Assembly: GCA_963720785.1 (NCBI GenBank)
Contig: CAVRGQ010000009.1
Location: forward strand, 695,813 to 759,812
Origin: an uncultured Actinomycetes bacterium
GTDB taxonomy: Bacteria > Actinomycetota > Acidimicrobiia > IMCC26256 > DASPTH01
DNA: 64,000 nucleotides
Reading direction: 5' to 3'
Shown here piece by piece: positions 27,381-37,429 of the stretch. The notes under the pieces were generated by a model, which saw nothing but the letters and a program-made list of their open reading frames with translations, had not been told where the DNA came from and ran no database searches. Numbering within the stretch: the stretch's first letter is position 1; each line of letters begins with the position of its first letter. A program made the position numbers and the translations under genes.

Positions 27381-28550
27381 TCAGGTGCGCGACGGCGCCG
27401 GCAGCTCCGGCGGCACGTCGTAGCGATCGGAGTAGGCGGCGAAGCGCTCACGGATCTCGCCCGCATCGAGGCCGTACTCGGCCAGGTCGTACCGATGCGC
27501 GCCGAAGCGACCCTTCGGGTTGCGCTGCGCGTAGTCGGTGATCGCGCCGTGCGCTTCGCCGGTGAGCTCGTCGCCACACGCGGCATAGATGCGCGCGACC
27601 GTGCCCGCCGGATCCGCGACGAGGTCGGCGTACTGCACGTCGACGATCGGGCGCTCCGGGTGCGCGGCACGGAACTCGTCGATGCGGCGCACCGACTCCT
27701 CGAGCTTCGTGCTCCAGTGCCGCCCGACGTACTCACGGTGGTCGGCGTCGCTGAACGTGCTCGTGAGCGTGGAGATCAGGCCGCACACCGACCCGCACAG
27801 CACCACCGGGTCGCGGTGCAACAGCACCAGGTGGGCATCCGGGTACACCGAGGTCAGCGCGTCGAGCGCGATCGCGTGGTGCGGGCTCTTGAGCGTCCAC
27901 CGCCCACGGACGCCGCCGCTCTGTAGCACCTGCAACACCCGGCGGTGGTACTCGTACGCCGAACGCTGGTCGACGGCCATGAGCCACTCGTCGTAGGCCG
28001 GCACATTGGCGATCGCCTCCCACGAGAGGCTCTTGAAGTCCTGGGCCATCACCGAGATGTCCTCGGTCGCCTCGTCGGCCGCTTCGCGGTGCACCACGTC
28101 GACGCCCGGGTTCAAGGTCGACAACATCGCGTTGGCCGCGTGCACCGCGTCGACGCGTGGCCCCACGCGGTGTTCGGCGGGCGACGGCGGCGGCACGCTG
28201 TCCCCGGCCTCCCAGCCGAGCAGCGCGCGGTTCTGCGGGTCCTGGTCCAGCAACCGGCTGAGCAGCGTGGTCCCGGCCCGGAACATGCCGATCACGACGA
28301 TCGGCGCGACGACGGGCGCGGCCGCGACCTCGGGATGGGTGGTCCACCAGTCCTGCACGCGCAGCCGGTTCTGGAGCGCGGCGGTGAGCATCCCGGGGAA
28401 CGCCGCCTCGCCCACCGCGTTGAAGCGGGCCTCGCGGGTCGCGGAGTCGACGAGCACGTCGAGGCCCTCGCGGAAGTCCGCGGGACCGAGGTCGTCGAGG
28501 CCCGTGCCGGCACGGGCCGCAGCGACGATCTCGTCGACGTCGACGTTCAC
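27381..28550 (-). CDS. sulfotransferase family protein
   Basis: 389-aa ORF. It has a PAPS 5'-phosphosulfate-binding loop FRAGTTLLSRLL and a 3'-phosphate motif LLHRDPVV. Confidence 0.8.
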   Translation of the reverse strand: MNVDVDEIVAAARAGTGLDDLGPADFREGLDVLVDSATREARFNAVGEAAFPGMLTAALQNRLRVQDWWTTHPEVAAAPVVAPIVVIGMFRAGTTLLSRLLDQDPQNRALLGWEAGDSVPPPSPAEHRVGPRVDAVHAANAMLSTLNPGVDVVHREAADEATEDISVMAQDFKSLSWEAIANVPAYDEWLMAVDQRSAYEYHRRVLQVLQSGGVRGRWTLKSPHHAIALDALTSVYPDAHLVLLHRDPVVLCGSVCGLISTLTSTFSDADHREYVGRHWSTKLEESVRRIDEFRAAHPERPIVDVQYADLVADPAGTVARIYAACGDELTGEAHGAITDYAQRNPKGRFGAHRYDLAEYGLDAGEIRERFAAYSDRYDVPPELPAPSRT

Positions 28551-28624
28551 GAGGACCCCCTCCTCCCCGTGACCACCGCCACTCGGCCCGGTCCCGGTGA
28601 CGGGAGGGTATTAACCACCCCTGC

Positions 28625-29280
28625 TTATGTCAAGGGCACCGGAGCCGCGAGCGAGGCCGCCACCATCGCCACGAGGTTCCCGACGAAGTCCTCGTCACCG
28701 ATCTGGGGCCGGGCCGAGTGGGTCGAGCCCCGGTCCTCGACATCGAGGGCCCGGGCGCGGTCGGCGACCGAGCGCAGGATGAACACGGTGACCAGGCCGA
28801 AGCGCTCCGCGAGCAGCTCGGGTCCCATCGACGGCATGCGGGCCGCGAGCACTGCGTACACCTCGTTGCCGCCGGTGCGGTCGAGCACCGCCGCGAGCTC
28901 CGGGCTGAAGCGGTCGGGGTCCTCACCGGCGAGCTCGGCGACGATCAGCAGGCAGTCGCGCCCCCGGGGCCCGCTCGCCGCCAGCTCGACCGCCGGGCGC
29001 ACGACGGCCTCGACCACGGCGGCGAGGTCGTCGGCCGGCGTGCGCAGCGCCTTGGCCAGCAGCTCCCCCTCCCGGCGGGCGAGAAATTCGGTGTGGCGGT
29101 CGAGCACGGCGCAGAGGACGTCCTCACGCGACCCGAAGTGGTAGCGGAGCGCAGCCCGGTTGCGCTGCCCGGCGCGGCGAGTGATCTCGATGAGCGAGGC
29201 GTTCCACACCCCCGCGCGGCGAACTCGGCGGCGGCGGCGTCGAGCAGCCGGGTCCGGGTCTCCGAGGCGTCGGGCGGCAC
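28625..29280 (-). pseudogene. TetR family transcriptional regulator, frame broken once (-1) in a C5/G5 run at 29209-29213
   Basis: The first half of the N-terminal HTH region, ETRTRLLDAAAAEFAARG, reads in the frame of ORF 28945..29337. The rest (VWNASLIEITRRAGQRNRAALRYHFGSREDVL ...) reads in the frame of ORF 28625..29374. The start is GTG at 29280, with an alternative GTG at 29337. Confidence 0.75.
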
Positions 29281-29282
29281 CG

Positions 29283-29335
29283 CCTGATCGTACGGCCCTG
29301 ATCGTACGGCCCGCGTCGACCCGGCCCGCGTTGAC
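29283..29335. repeat. short direct repeats in the TetR/SBP-2 divergent region: CCTGATCGTACGGC x2 (29283-29310), then GGCCCGCGT[C/T]GAC x2 (29308-29320, 29323-29335)
   Basis: Read directly. On the minus strand each 14-bp unit contains TACGAT (a TAnnnT -10-like hexamer). The proximal one ends 6 nt before the GTG at 29280. Confidence 0.8.
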
Positions 29336-29402
29336 ACGGCCTGGTTCCTCGGGTGAGAATGGTCCTCTACTCATAGGGAAACATGCATCTGTACCGATCG
29401 GT
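29331..29402 (+). promoter_or_regulatory. candidate SBP-2 promoter (-35 TTGACA 29331-29336, 18-nt spacer, -10 GAGAAT 29355-29360) with a downstream palindrome ACCGATCGGT (29393-29402)
   Basis: Consensus -35 and a TAnnnT-like -10 were read directly. A 10-bp perfect palindrome lies in the predicted 5' UTR, about 28 nt before the ATG at 29430. The RBS is GGAGGGG. Confidence 0.45.
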
Positions 29403-29429
29403 CAGACCGGCGGGTGCGGAGGGGGGAAC

Positions 29430-30774
29430 ATGCGCAAGTCCCGGTTCGCGGCCTTGGCCGCGCTCGTCACCGTGCTCGCGGTCGTCTTGTCGGCGCTCGC
29501 CGCCGGCGCCCAGACCACCACCACGGGGTCGGGTGGATCGAGCTCGTCGAAGAATGAGATCGGCCTCACCGACAAGGAGATCAAGATCGCCGTCCTCGCC
29601 GACGTCGAGAACTCCATCTCGCCCGGCCTGTTCAAGAAGTCGGTCGACGCCATGGAGGCGTGGGCCAAGGTCGTCAACAAGGCCGGCGGGGTCGCAGGTC
29701 GCAAGGTCGTGATCGACTTCCACGACACGAAGCTCAACCCCACCGAGACCCGCAACGCGATCATCCAGGCGTGCCAGGACGACTTCGCCACGGTCGGCGG
29801 CGAGTCGCTGTTCATGAGCAACGTCGACGACCTGGTCGGCTGCAAGGACGCCACCGGCGCCACGACCGGCCTCCCCGACGTGCCGGGCCTCGCGCTCGAC
29901 GTGTCCCAGAAGTGCTCGCCGGTCACCTGGCAGAACAGCGGCGACGCGACCTTCTGCGCGACGCGTGACCAGAGCCCGCAGACGTACCGCGCGCAGCAGG
30001 GCGAGTTCCTGTACTACACGAAGGTCAACAAGGACCTCCACGGCATCTGGACCCTGCCGAACGACCTCAAGGCCACGCGCGAACTCGGAGATCCCGATCT
30101 TCCAGGCCGGCGTGAACCTCGGGATCAAGGAGGACGGCCAGGGCTTCTACGACACCTCGGCGCGCAGCCAGCAGTCGGAGCTCACGCCGATCATCCAGGT
30201 GGTCAAGCAGAACAACTCGAACTGGGTCTACAACGGCAACAGCGCCGGCATCGCCGCCCTGCTCCGCAAGGAGGCCATCATCCAGGGCGTCAACTCGGTG
30301 AAGGTGTGGGCCTGCAACATCGGTTGCTACTCCACCGACTTCCTCGACGCCGCGGCCGGCGACGGCGAGGGCCAGTCGTCGGGCATCACGATGATGCCCT
30401 TCTACACGGAGTGGAAGAACAACCCCACGATGAAAAAGCTCGTCAACGCAGTGGGTGGCATCGAGAACGTCAACAGCAGCTCGGTGTCGTCGTGGATCGC
30501 GGCGATCCTCTTCCAGGACGCGGCCACCAAGGCGGCGGCCAAGGGCGCGCTGACCCGGAAGTCGCTGATGGCGGCGCTGGCCGAAGAGCACAACTTCGAC
30601 GCCGACGGGATCACCGGTCCCTTCGACGTCGGCGCCCACCAGCCGCCGCTCTGCTACGTGATGACCGAGGTCAAGAACGGGAAGTGGGTGCGCACGTACC
30701 CGAAGCAGGTCGGCAAGTTCGACTGCAACCCGAAGAACCTCGTGACCATCAAGCTCGACGTCAAGGACTACTGA
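29430..30774 (+). pseudogene. secreted type-I solute-binding protein (SBP-2), paralog of SBP-1, frame broken once (+1) near 30079-30084
   Basis: MRKSRFAALAALVTVLAVVLSALAAGAQ ... IKIAVLADVENSISPG ... DLKATR reads in the frame of ORF 29160..30797. It continues as SEIPIFQAGVNLGIKEDG ... VKDY in the frame of ORF 29965..30774. Length is 1345 nt = 3n+1. It is roughly 50% identical to SBP-1 by eye, with the Cys residues conserved. Confidence 0.8.
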
Positions 30775-30835
30775 TCACCTGCACGGACACACACTGATCG
30801 CACACGCCGTGGGCGGCGTCCTCACCTGATTTCGT

Positions 30836-31700
30836 TCAGGCGGGGACGTCGCCCGCCAGCGTGATGCGGTTCATCACGCGGCGGTGGCCGTGGTAGTCGT
30901 TGATCGGGTTGTGCATCGCACAGCGGTTGTCCCACATGGCGAGCGTGCCGACCTGCCAGCGCAGCCGACACGTGAACTCGGGCTTCACCGAGTGGGCGAA
31001 CAGGAACTCGAGCAGCGGTCGGCTCTCCTCGACCGTCATGCCGACGAAGCGCTCCGTGTGCGCCACGTTCACGTAGAGCGCCTTGCGCCCCGTCTCCGGG
31101 TGGGTGCGCACGACGGGATGCTCCGACACGTACTCCTGCTTCGCATCGGGGCCAGCGTCGCTCGCGCTGTCGTGGCCGCTGTCGGCGATCCGGTCCTCGC
31201 GTGTCTTCGACACGTCGGCGAGCCGCGCTGCTGTTCACCGCGCGCAGGCCGTCGAGCAGTTGCCGCATCCCGGGTGACAGCGCCTCGTAGGCGGCGTACA
31301 TGCTCGCCCACATGGTGTCGCCGCCGTAGGGCGGCACCTCATGGGCAATGAGCAGGGTGCCCATCGGCGGGCGCTCGAGGTACACGGTGTCGCTGTGCCA
31401 GATGCCGCCGAAGTTCACCGTCTCGTGCGGCAGCTTGGCGATCGCGATGATCTCGGGGTAGCCCTCGATCCCCTTCACGAACGGGTACTCCACCGGCTCG
31501 CCGATGCGCTCGGCGAAGGCCATGAACGGGGCGGGCTCCAATCGCTCATGGCCGCGGAAGAACAGCACGAGGTGCTCGAGCCACGCGGCGCGGATCTCCG
31601 CGACCGTCTCGTCGGACAGATCGGCGGTGAGGTCGACACCCGCGACCTCGGCGCCGAGCGCGCCCGCGACGGGTGCCACCTCGATCGTGCGGTACATCAC
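30836..31700 (-). pseudogene. TauD/TfdA family Fe(II)/2-oxoglutarate dioxygenase (TauD-1), frame broken once (+1) near 31217-31226
   Basis: The N-terminal part reads MMYRTIEVAPVAGALGAEVAGVDL ... GIWHSDTVYLERPP (HxD iron motif) ... LRAVNSSA. The C-terminal part reads in the frame of ORF 30836..31213 ([21 protein letters not shown] ... [14 protein letters not shown]). Length is 865 nt = 3n+1. Confidence 0.8.
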
Positions 31701-32767
31701 TGACTCCTCCGGTCACCGGCCGGGTTTCCGATGCCCGCGGGCACCAACGGCGGCAGGTCGTTGCTGGTGAGGATCCCGGGCGGCGCCGCACACACGAAGG
31801 GCACCACGTTGACCGGGCGGTTGGCGGTGATCGACGGCGTCATCGCGCCGAGCTCCGCGAGCGGAACGGGGAAGGTGATCTGCACGTCGAGCGGCGCGTC
31901 GCCGTGCACCTGCACACGCCAGCCGGTGTCGCGGAGATCCCACGCGGGGTCGACGTCCTTCGTGCAGTACCAGGTGGCGCGGAAGCGCACGACGGGCTCG
32001 CCGGCGGCGGTGCCGGTGACGACGGTGCGCTGCGCGGCGACGCGGCCCGCGGCGAGGGGGCCCGCGACGATCGTGGTGTCGTGCGCGGCGACGGCGACCT
32101 CGCCGAGCACGTCCCAGGCGTCGACGGGAGTGCCCGCCGCCTCCGCGAGCACCGCGAGCGTCGCGGAGAACTCGCGCTGGAAGTGCTCGGCGCGCGCGCC
32201 ACCCGCGAACGTGTCGGGTGCGCGTCCGAAGCCCATCTGCTCGAACAACAGGTGCGGCGAGTCGCGCTGCGACAGGTCGGCGAACTCGTCGATCTCGACC
32301 AGCTCGACGTCGCGCTGCAACGACAGCAGCGCGAACGGCAAGGCGTCGGTGCTGAACCCCGGGCTGCTGCCCGTCGCGTACAGCGAGGCGTTGCCGCGCG
32401 TGCGCACGTTCCACGAGGAGCGCCCGCTCGTCGGCAGGGAGGCGAGCGCCGCCGGCCTCCGGTTCACCGCGGGTGGTCACGACGTTGATGCCGGCGCCGA
32501 GCAGGGTGGCCACCTCGGCGGCGTCCCACACCCGCGCCATGTGCACCACGCAGTCGGGCGCGAGCGCGAGCACCGCCGCGGGGTCGGTGGTGGCGGTGAC
32601 GCCCACGGGCCCTTCGCCGCACAGCACACCCGCGTCGACACCGGCCTTGGCCGGGTCGTACACCAGCACGCCCACGAGCTCGAGCCCGGGGTGGCGCAGG
32701 ATCGAGCGGAGCGCACGCGCGTGCCGATGTTGCCCGTCGCCCACTGCACGACTCGGAGGCGTCCCAT
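31697..32767 (-). pseudogene. DapB-N-terminal-like NAD(P)-binding oxidoreductase (dihydrodipicolinate reductase-like / amine dehydrogenase family), two frame breaks (-1 near 32712-32722, +1 near 32394-32402)
   Basis: MGRLRVVQWATGNIGTR reads from the ATG at 32767. ALRSILRHPGLELVGVLVYDPAKAG ... INVVTTRGE ... VERAHA reads in a second frame. GNASLYATGSSPGFSTDALPFALLSLQRDVELVEIDEFADLSQRDSP ... reads in the frame of ORF 31697..32467. Its stop overlaps the TauD-1 ATG. Confidence 0.7.
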
Positions 32768-32879
32768 ACGCCCGGACGCTAACTGGAGAATTGCGTTCGC
32801 GTTCAAGGTGAGATACGTTCTCCGAATCTCTCCCCGAGCCGATGGCGCGTCCGCCCGCCCGACGGAGCAAGCTACGGAT

Positions 32880-34040
32880 ATGGACATCGCCCAATTTCGT
32901 GCCGAGCTCCACGCGTGGCTCGACGAGCACGCCGACGAGGTCGCAGTCCGGTACTCCGAGCCGGGCACGCTGAAGGACCGCCTCGACCAGATCCGCCGGA
33001 TCCGGGGCATCCTGTACGACGCCGGGTTCATGCGGTACGGCTGGCCCGAACGGGTCGGTGGCCTCGGCGGCCCGCCGATGATGCGCACGGAGCTCAACGC
33101 CGCCATATCCGGGCGGGGACTGTCCGACCCGGGCACCGCCTCCCTCGTCGAGGTGCTCGGCCCCACGATGGTCGACTACGCGCCGCCGGAGCTCGCGGCC
33201 GAGATGATGCCCAAGCTGCTCTCCGGCGAGGAGCTGTGGTGCCAGGGCTTCTCCGAGCCGGGCAGCGGCAGCGACCTCGCGTCGCTCAGCTGCCGGGCCA
33301 CCCCGAACTTGGGCCCGAACGGCGGCGACCCCGAGACCGCCACCACCTGGACGATCAACGGCCAGAAGGTGTGGACCAGCATCGCCGACTTCTCCGAGCG
33401 TTGCGTGCTGCTCACTCGCACCGGCACGCCCGAGTCGCGCCACCGCGGCATCACCGCCTTCTTCGTCGACATGGACACTCCGGGCATCACCCGTCGCCCC
33501 ATCGAGATGATCAACGGCGAGGCCGAGTTCTGCGAGGTGTTCTTCGACGACGTGCAGGTGCCCGCCAGTCGCATCTGCGGCGGCGTGAACGGCGGCTGGG
33601 CCGTCGCGATGTCGATCCTCCCGTTCGAGCGCTCCTCCTGCTTCTGGGCCTGGGTGTCCTACGAGCAGTACAAGCTGCAGCGGGCGGTGGAGCAGGCACC
33701 CGACGACGACCGCGCCGCCGAGGCCCTCGGCAACGGGTACCTGCAGTGGTACACGCTGCGCGCCCGTTCGCGCGTCACCCAGTTGCGGATGGCCGCGGGC
33801 GAACCGCTCGGCGCGGAGACCTCCATCGACAAGGTGCTCGTGGCGATGAGCGAGAACGCCGTGTACGACACCGCCCGCAAGGTGCTCGGCGGCGGCCTCG
33901 AGATCGACGACGACCCCGCCGCCCAGGTGTGGCGCAGCGGCTGGATCTACTCCCGGGCGTCCACGATCTACGGCGGCACCGGTGAGGTGCAGCGCAACAT
34001 CATTGCCCGCCGCCTGCTCGACCTGGGAGACGAGGCCTGA
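32880..34040 (+). CDS. acyl-CoA dehydrogenase, catalytic (alpha-type) subunit
   Basis: ATG at 32880: MDIAQFRAELHAWLDE ... WCQGFSEPGSGSDLASL ... IYGGTGEVQRNIIARRLL (catalytic Glu region). Its stop overlaps the next ATG. Confidence 0.9.
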   Translation: MDIAQFRAELHAWLDEHADEVAVRYSEPGTLKDRLDQIRRIRGILYDAGFMRYGWPERVGGLGGPPMMRTELNAAISGRGLSDPGTASLVEVLGPTMVDYAPPELAAEMMPKLLSGEELWCQGFSEPGSGSDLASLSCRATPNLGPNGGDPETATTWTINGQKVWTSIADFSERCVLLTRTGTPESRHRGITAFFVDMDTPGITRRPIEMINGEAEFCEVFFDDVQVPASRICGGVNGGWAVAMSILPFERSSCFWAWVSYEQYKLQRAVEQAPDDDRAAEALGNGYLQWYTLRARSRVTQLRMAAGEPLGAETSIDKVLVAMSENAVYDTARKVLGGGLEIDDDPAAQVWRSGWIYSRASTIYGGTGEVQRNIIARRLLDLGDEA

Positions 34041-35032
34041 TGGACGCCGCCGACCGCGAACTGCTGCAGACCTCCGTGCACGACGCGCTCGCCGCGCACG
34101 CCGAGGCGAACGCCGGGGCCACCGGCATGACCGCCGTCCCCGCCCGCGCCGACGAGTTGCTCGCCGACCTCGGCTGGTTCGAGATGCTCGACGCCGAGCC
34201 GCGCGACGCCGTCACGATCGTGGCGTACGAACTGGGCGCGACCGAGACGTACGCGAGCATCCTCGACGACGTGTTCGCGGCCGCGCTCGGTGTCGAGCCC
34301 CGCGCCGACCTCGCCGTCGTGCTCCCCGCCTACCCCGCCACCGCGTACCCCGCGCACGGGTCCGGTGGCGCCGCTGCGGGCATCGGCACCACCCGCGCGT
34401 CGAGCGCGGCCGAGTTGCTCGTCGTGCGCAGCAACACCGAGGCGGTGCTCGTCCCGGCATCGGCGGCGACGGTCACGCCCGTCGCGGGCATCGCGCCGCG
34501 TTGGGGCGCCACCAAGGTGGCGATCGAAACCGTGGCCGGCACCGACGTCGCGCTCGCACCGGGCGCGTGGGACGCCGCAATCGCTGCCGGTCGCCGTGCG
34601 GTCGGCCACGAGATCGTGGGCGCCAACCGCACGATGATCGCACTGGCGCGCGAGCACACGCTCGAGCGCACCCAGTTCGGCAAGCCGATCTCCCAGTTCC
34701 AGGCGCTGCGCCACAAGCTCGCCGAGGCGCTGGTCGCGGTCGAGGCCACCGACGCCGCGCTCGTCGCCGCGTGGGACACGCTCGACTCGCCGAACGGCCT
34801 CATGACCGCCGCGCTGGCCAAGGCCCTCGCGGCGCACGGGGCGCGCACGGTGGCCACGCACACGCAGCAGGTGCTCGCGGGCATCGGCTTCACGACCGAC
34901 CACGACTTCCACTTCTTCCTCAAGCGCTGCCTGCTGCTCGAGGGGATGTTCGGATCGGCCGACAGCATCACCCTGGAGGTGGGCCGCCACCTCCTCGAGA
35001 CCAGGACCGTGCCCACCCTCATCGAGCTCTAG
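34040..35032 (+). CDS. acyl-CoA dehydrogenase-like, non-catalytic (beta-type) subunit
   Basis: 330-aa ORF. It has a C-terminal ACAD helical domain (FGKPISQFQALRHKLAEA ... GIGFTTDHDFHFFLKR) but no GxGE catalytic motif. Its pairing with the upstream gene resembles the FadE26/27- and FadE28/29-type alpha2beta2 enzymes. Confidence 0.8.
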   Translation: MDAADRELLQTSVHDALAAHAEANAGATGMTAVPARADELLADLGWFEMLDAEPRDAVTIVAYELGATETYASILDDVFAAALGVEPRADLAVVLPAYPATAYPAHGSGGAAAGIGTTRASSAAELLVVRSNTEAVLVPASAATVTPVAGIAPRWGATKVAIETVAGTDVALAPGAWDAAIAAGRRAVGHEIVGANRTMIALAREHTLERTQFGKPISQFQALRHKLAEALVAVEATDAALVAAWDTLDSPNGLMTAALAKALAAHGARTVATHTQQVLAGIGFTTDHDFHFFLKRCLLLEGMFGSADSITLEVGRHLLETRTVPTLIEL

Positions 35033-35084
35033 GCGCGCCGCGCCAGGCATCGTCCAGGGGGCACCTGATCGCGGAGGCGAACCG

Positions 35085-36398
35085 GTGAGTGGACAACTGA
35101 GCGAGTTCGACAAGGCGGACTTCTTCCGCGACGACACGTTCGTCGCCGACCCGTTCCCCTACTTCGCCGCGCTTCGTGAGGAGTGCCCGGTGCGGCGCGA
35201 GCCGCACCACGGCATCGTGATGGTCACGGGTTACGAGGAAGCGGTGTCGATCTACAACGACACCGACACGTGGTCGTCGTGCGTGTCGGTGACCGGGCCG
35301 TTCCCCGGGTTCCCGGTGCCGATCGACGAGTCGGTCGGCGACGACATCACCGACCTCATCGTCGCCCACCGCGACGAGCTGCCGATGAGCGACCAGCTCC
35401 CCACGCTCGACCCGCCGACCCACACCGACCACCGCGCCATCCTCATGCGGATGATCACGCCCAAGCGCCTCGCCGAGAACGAGGAATTCATCTGGCGGTT
35501 GGCCGACGAGCAGCTCGACGAGTTCCTCGCCAACGGGAAGTGCGAGTTCATCTCCGAGTTCGCCGGGCCGTTCGCGCTGCTCGTGATCGCGGACCTCCTC
35601 GGCGTGCCCGAGGAGGATCACCCGCGCTTTCGCGAGATGCTCCACGACCGCAAGCACAACAGCGCGATCGGGGGCCTCGAGGGATCCCTGGAACTGAACC
35701 CGCTGGAGTTCCTCTACCAGGAGTTCACGAAATTCATCGAGGACCGTCGCGCCAACCCGCGCGACGACGTCCTCACCGGTCTCGCCCAGGCCACCTTCCC
35801 CGATGGTTCCGTGCCGCCGGTGCGCGACGTCGTGACCGTGGCCGCCAACCTGTTCGCGGCCGGCCAGGAGACGACCGTGCGGCTGCTCGGCGCGGCGATG
35901 CACATCATGGCCGAGCGGCCCGAGGTGCAGCAGTGGCTGCGCGACGACCCGTCTCGCCTACGCAACTTCGTCGAGGAGACGCTGCGGATGGAGAGCCCGG
36001 TGAAGGGCGACTTCCGCATCTCCCGACGCGCCACCACGGTCGGCGGCGTCGATCTCCCGGTGGGCACCACGGTGATGCTCGTGAACGCGGCCGCCAACCG
36101 CGACCCGTCGTTGTTCCCCGACCCCGACACCTTCGACGCCGAGCGGACCAACGCCCGCCAGCACGTCGCGTTCGGGCGCGGGATCCACACGTGCCCGGGT
36201 GCGCCGCTCGCGCGAGCCGAGGGCGTCATCAGCCTCACCCGCATCCTCGAGCGCATGGCCGACATCCGCATCGACGAGTCGGTGCACGGCCCCGCCGACG
36301 CCCGGCGCTACAGCTACGTCCCCACCTACATCCTGCGCGGCCTCACCAAGCTGCACCTGCAGTTCGAACCGGCCGAGTTCACCCCCATGGGAGCGTGA
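35085..36398 (+). CDS. cytochrome P450
   Basis: 437-aa ORF with a GTG start. It has the heme-thiolate loop FGRGIHTCPGAPLARAE, the I-helix AGQETT and the EETLR (ExxR) motif. Confidence 0.95.
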   Translation: MSGQLSEFDKADFFRDDTFVADPFPYFAALREECPVRREPHHGIVMVTGYEEAVSIYNDTDTWSSCVSVTGPFPGFPVPIDESVGDDITDLIVAHRDELPMSDQLPTLDPPTHTDHRAILMRMITPKRLAENEEFIWRLADEQLDEFLANGKCEFISEFAGPFALLVIADLLGVPEEDHPRFREMLHDRKHNSAIGGLEGSLELNPLEFLYQEFTKFIEDRRANPRDDVLTGLAQATFPDGSVPPVRDVVTVAANLFAAGQETTVRLLGAAMHIMAERPEVQQWLRDDPSRLRNFVEETLRMESPVKGDFRISRRATTVGGVDLPVGTTVMLVNAAANRDPSLFPDPDTFDAERTNARQHVAFGRGIHTCPGAPLARAEGVISLTRILERMADIRIDESVHGPADARRYSYVPTYILRGLTKLHLQFEPAEFTPMGA

Positions 36399-36400
36399 AG

Positions 36401-36607
36401 ATGCGAGTCACGGTCGATGCCGATGTGTGCGGTGGGCACGGTGCCTGTCTGTCGACCGCGCCCGAGGTGTTCACCCTCACCGACGACGGCTACGCCGAGG
36501 TGCTGCCCAAATTCTCGGCGAACGGCGTGCCGGAGGAGTTGCAGGCCGCGGTCGAGCAGGCTGCGCTCCACTGCCCCACGAAGGCCATCATCATCTCTCC
36601 GGGGTGA
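36401..36607 (+). CDS. ferredoxin (single-cluster 3Fe-4S type, P450 redox partner)
   Basis: 68 aa, MRVTVDADVCGGHGACLSTAPEVF ... HCPTKAI, with the CxxHxxC...CP pattern. It starts 3 nt after the P450 stop. Confidence 0.85.
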   Translation: MRVTVDADVCGGHGACLSTAPEVFTLTDDGYAEVLPKFSANGVPEELQAAVEQAALHCPTKAIIISPG

Positions 36608-36616
36608 TCCCGTAGC

Positions 36617-37429
36617 GTGTCGGTCATGCCGACAGTCACTGCAAACGGGATCGAGATCTACCACGAGCTCCACGGCGAGGGGCCGCGACTGCTGTTCGTG
36701 AACGGCAGCGGGGCGACCCTGGAGTCCACCGGGATGATGCTGGCGCCGTACGCCGCGCGCTTCGAGGTGCTCGCCTTCGACCAGCGCGGCCTCGGGCGTA
36801 CGTCGATCCCCGACGGCCCCTACGAGATGGCCGACTACGCGGCTGACGCCGCGGCCCTCCTCGACGCGGTCGGCTGGGACTCGTGCGGGGTCACCGGCAC
36901 CAGCTTCGGTGGCATGGTGGCGCAAGAGTTCGCGGTCACGTTCCCCGAGCGGGTCGAGCGCCTCGCGCTCGTGTGCACGTCGCCCGGCGGCGACTTCGCG
37001 TCGTACCCGCTGCACACACTCCGCGAGGTGCCTGCCGCGGAGGCCGCCGCAAGCGCGCCGCGGATCCTCGACACTCGCTTCACGCCCGAGTGGCTCGCCA
37101 CCCACGACGACGACCGCGCGGTCGCCGAGATGGTCGCCGGGATGTGGGGTGGCGAGAAGCCGGACGACGTGCGGCGCGGCGAGCTCGCGCAGCTCGACGC
37201 CCGCAGCCGCCTCGACGTGCTCGACCGCCTGTCGCGGATCAGCTGCCCGACCCTCGTCGCCGCCGGCCGGTACGACGGCATCGCGCCGCCGCGCAACGGC
37301 GAGGAGATCGCCGGACGCATCCCGGGCGCGGAGCTGCGCCTCTACGAGGGCGGCCACCTCTTCATGATGCAGGACCCGCAGGCCATGCCCGACATCCTCG
37401 GGTTCCTGGAAGGCGGCCTCGCCCGATGA
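36617..37429 (+). CDS. alpha/beta hydrolase
   Basis: 270-aa ORF with the nucleophile elbow GTSFGG, FDQRGLGRT, and a C-terminal GGHLF histidine region. An alternative start is the ATG at 36626. Confidence 0.85.
   Translation: MSVMPTVTANGIEIYHELHGEGPRLLFVNGSGATLESTGMMLAPYAARFEVLAFDQRGLGRTSIPDGPYEMADYAADAAALLDAVGWDSCGVTGTSFGGMVAQEFAVTFPERVERLALVCTSPGGDFASYPLHTLREVPAAEAAASAPRILDTRFTPEWLATHDDDRAVAEMVAGMWGGEKPDDVRRGELAQLDARSRLDVLDRLSRISCPTLVAAGRYDGIAPPRNGEEIAGRIPGAELRLYEGGHLFMMQDPQAMPDILGFLEGGLAR

Noticed and set aside
31713-33443. 576-aa minus-strand ORF spanning the DapB-like gene and the antisense of the ACAD gene
   Set aside because: Only the central segment (ALRSILRHPGLELVGVLVYD...) is real coding sequence, and it belongs to the frameshifted DapB-like gene. 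The remainder is alternate-frame or antisense read-through.
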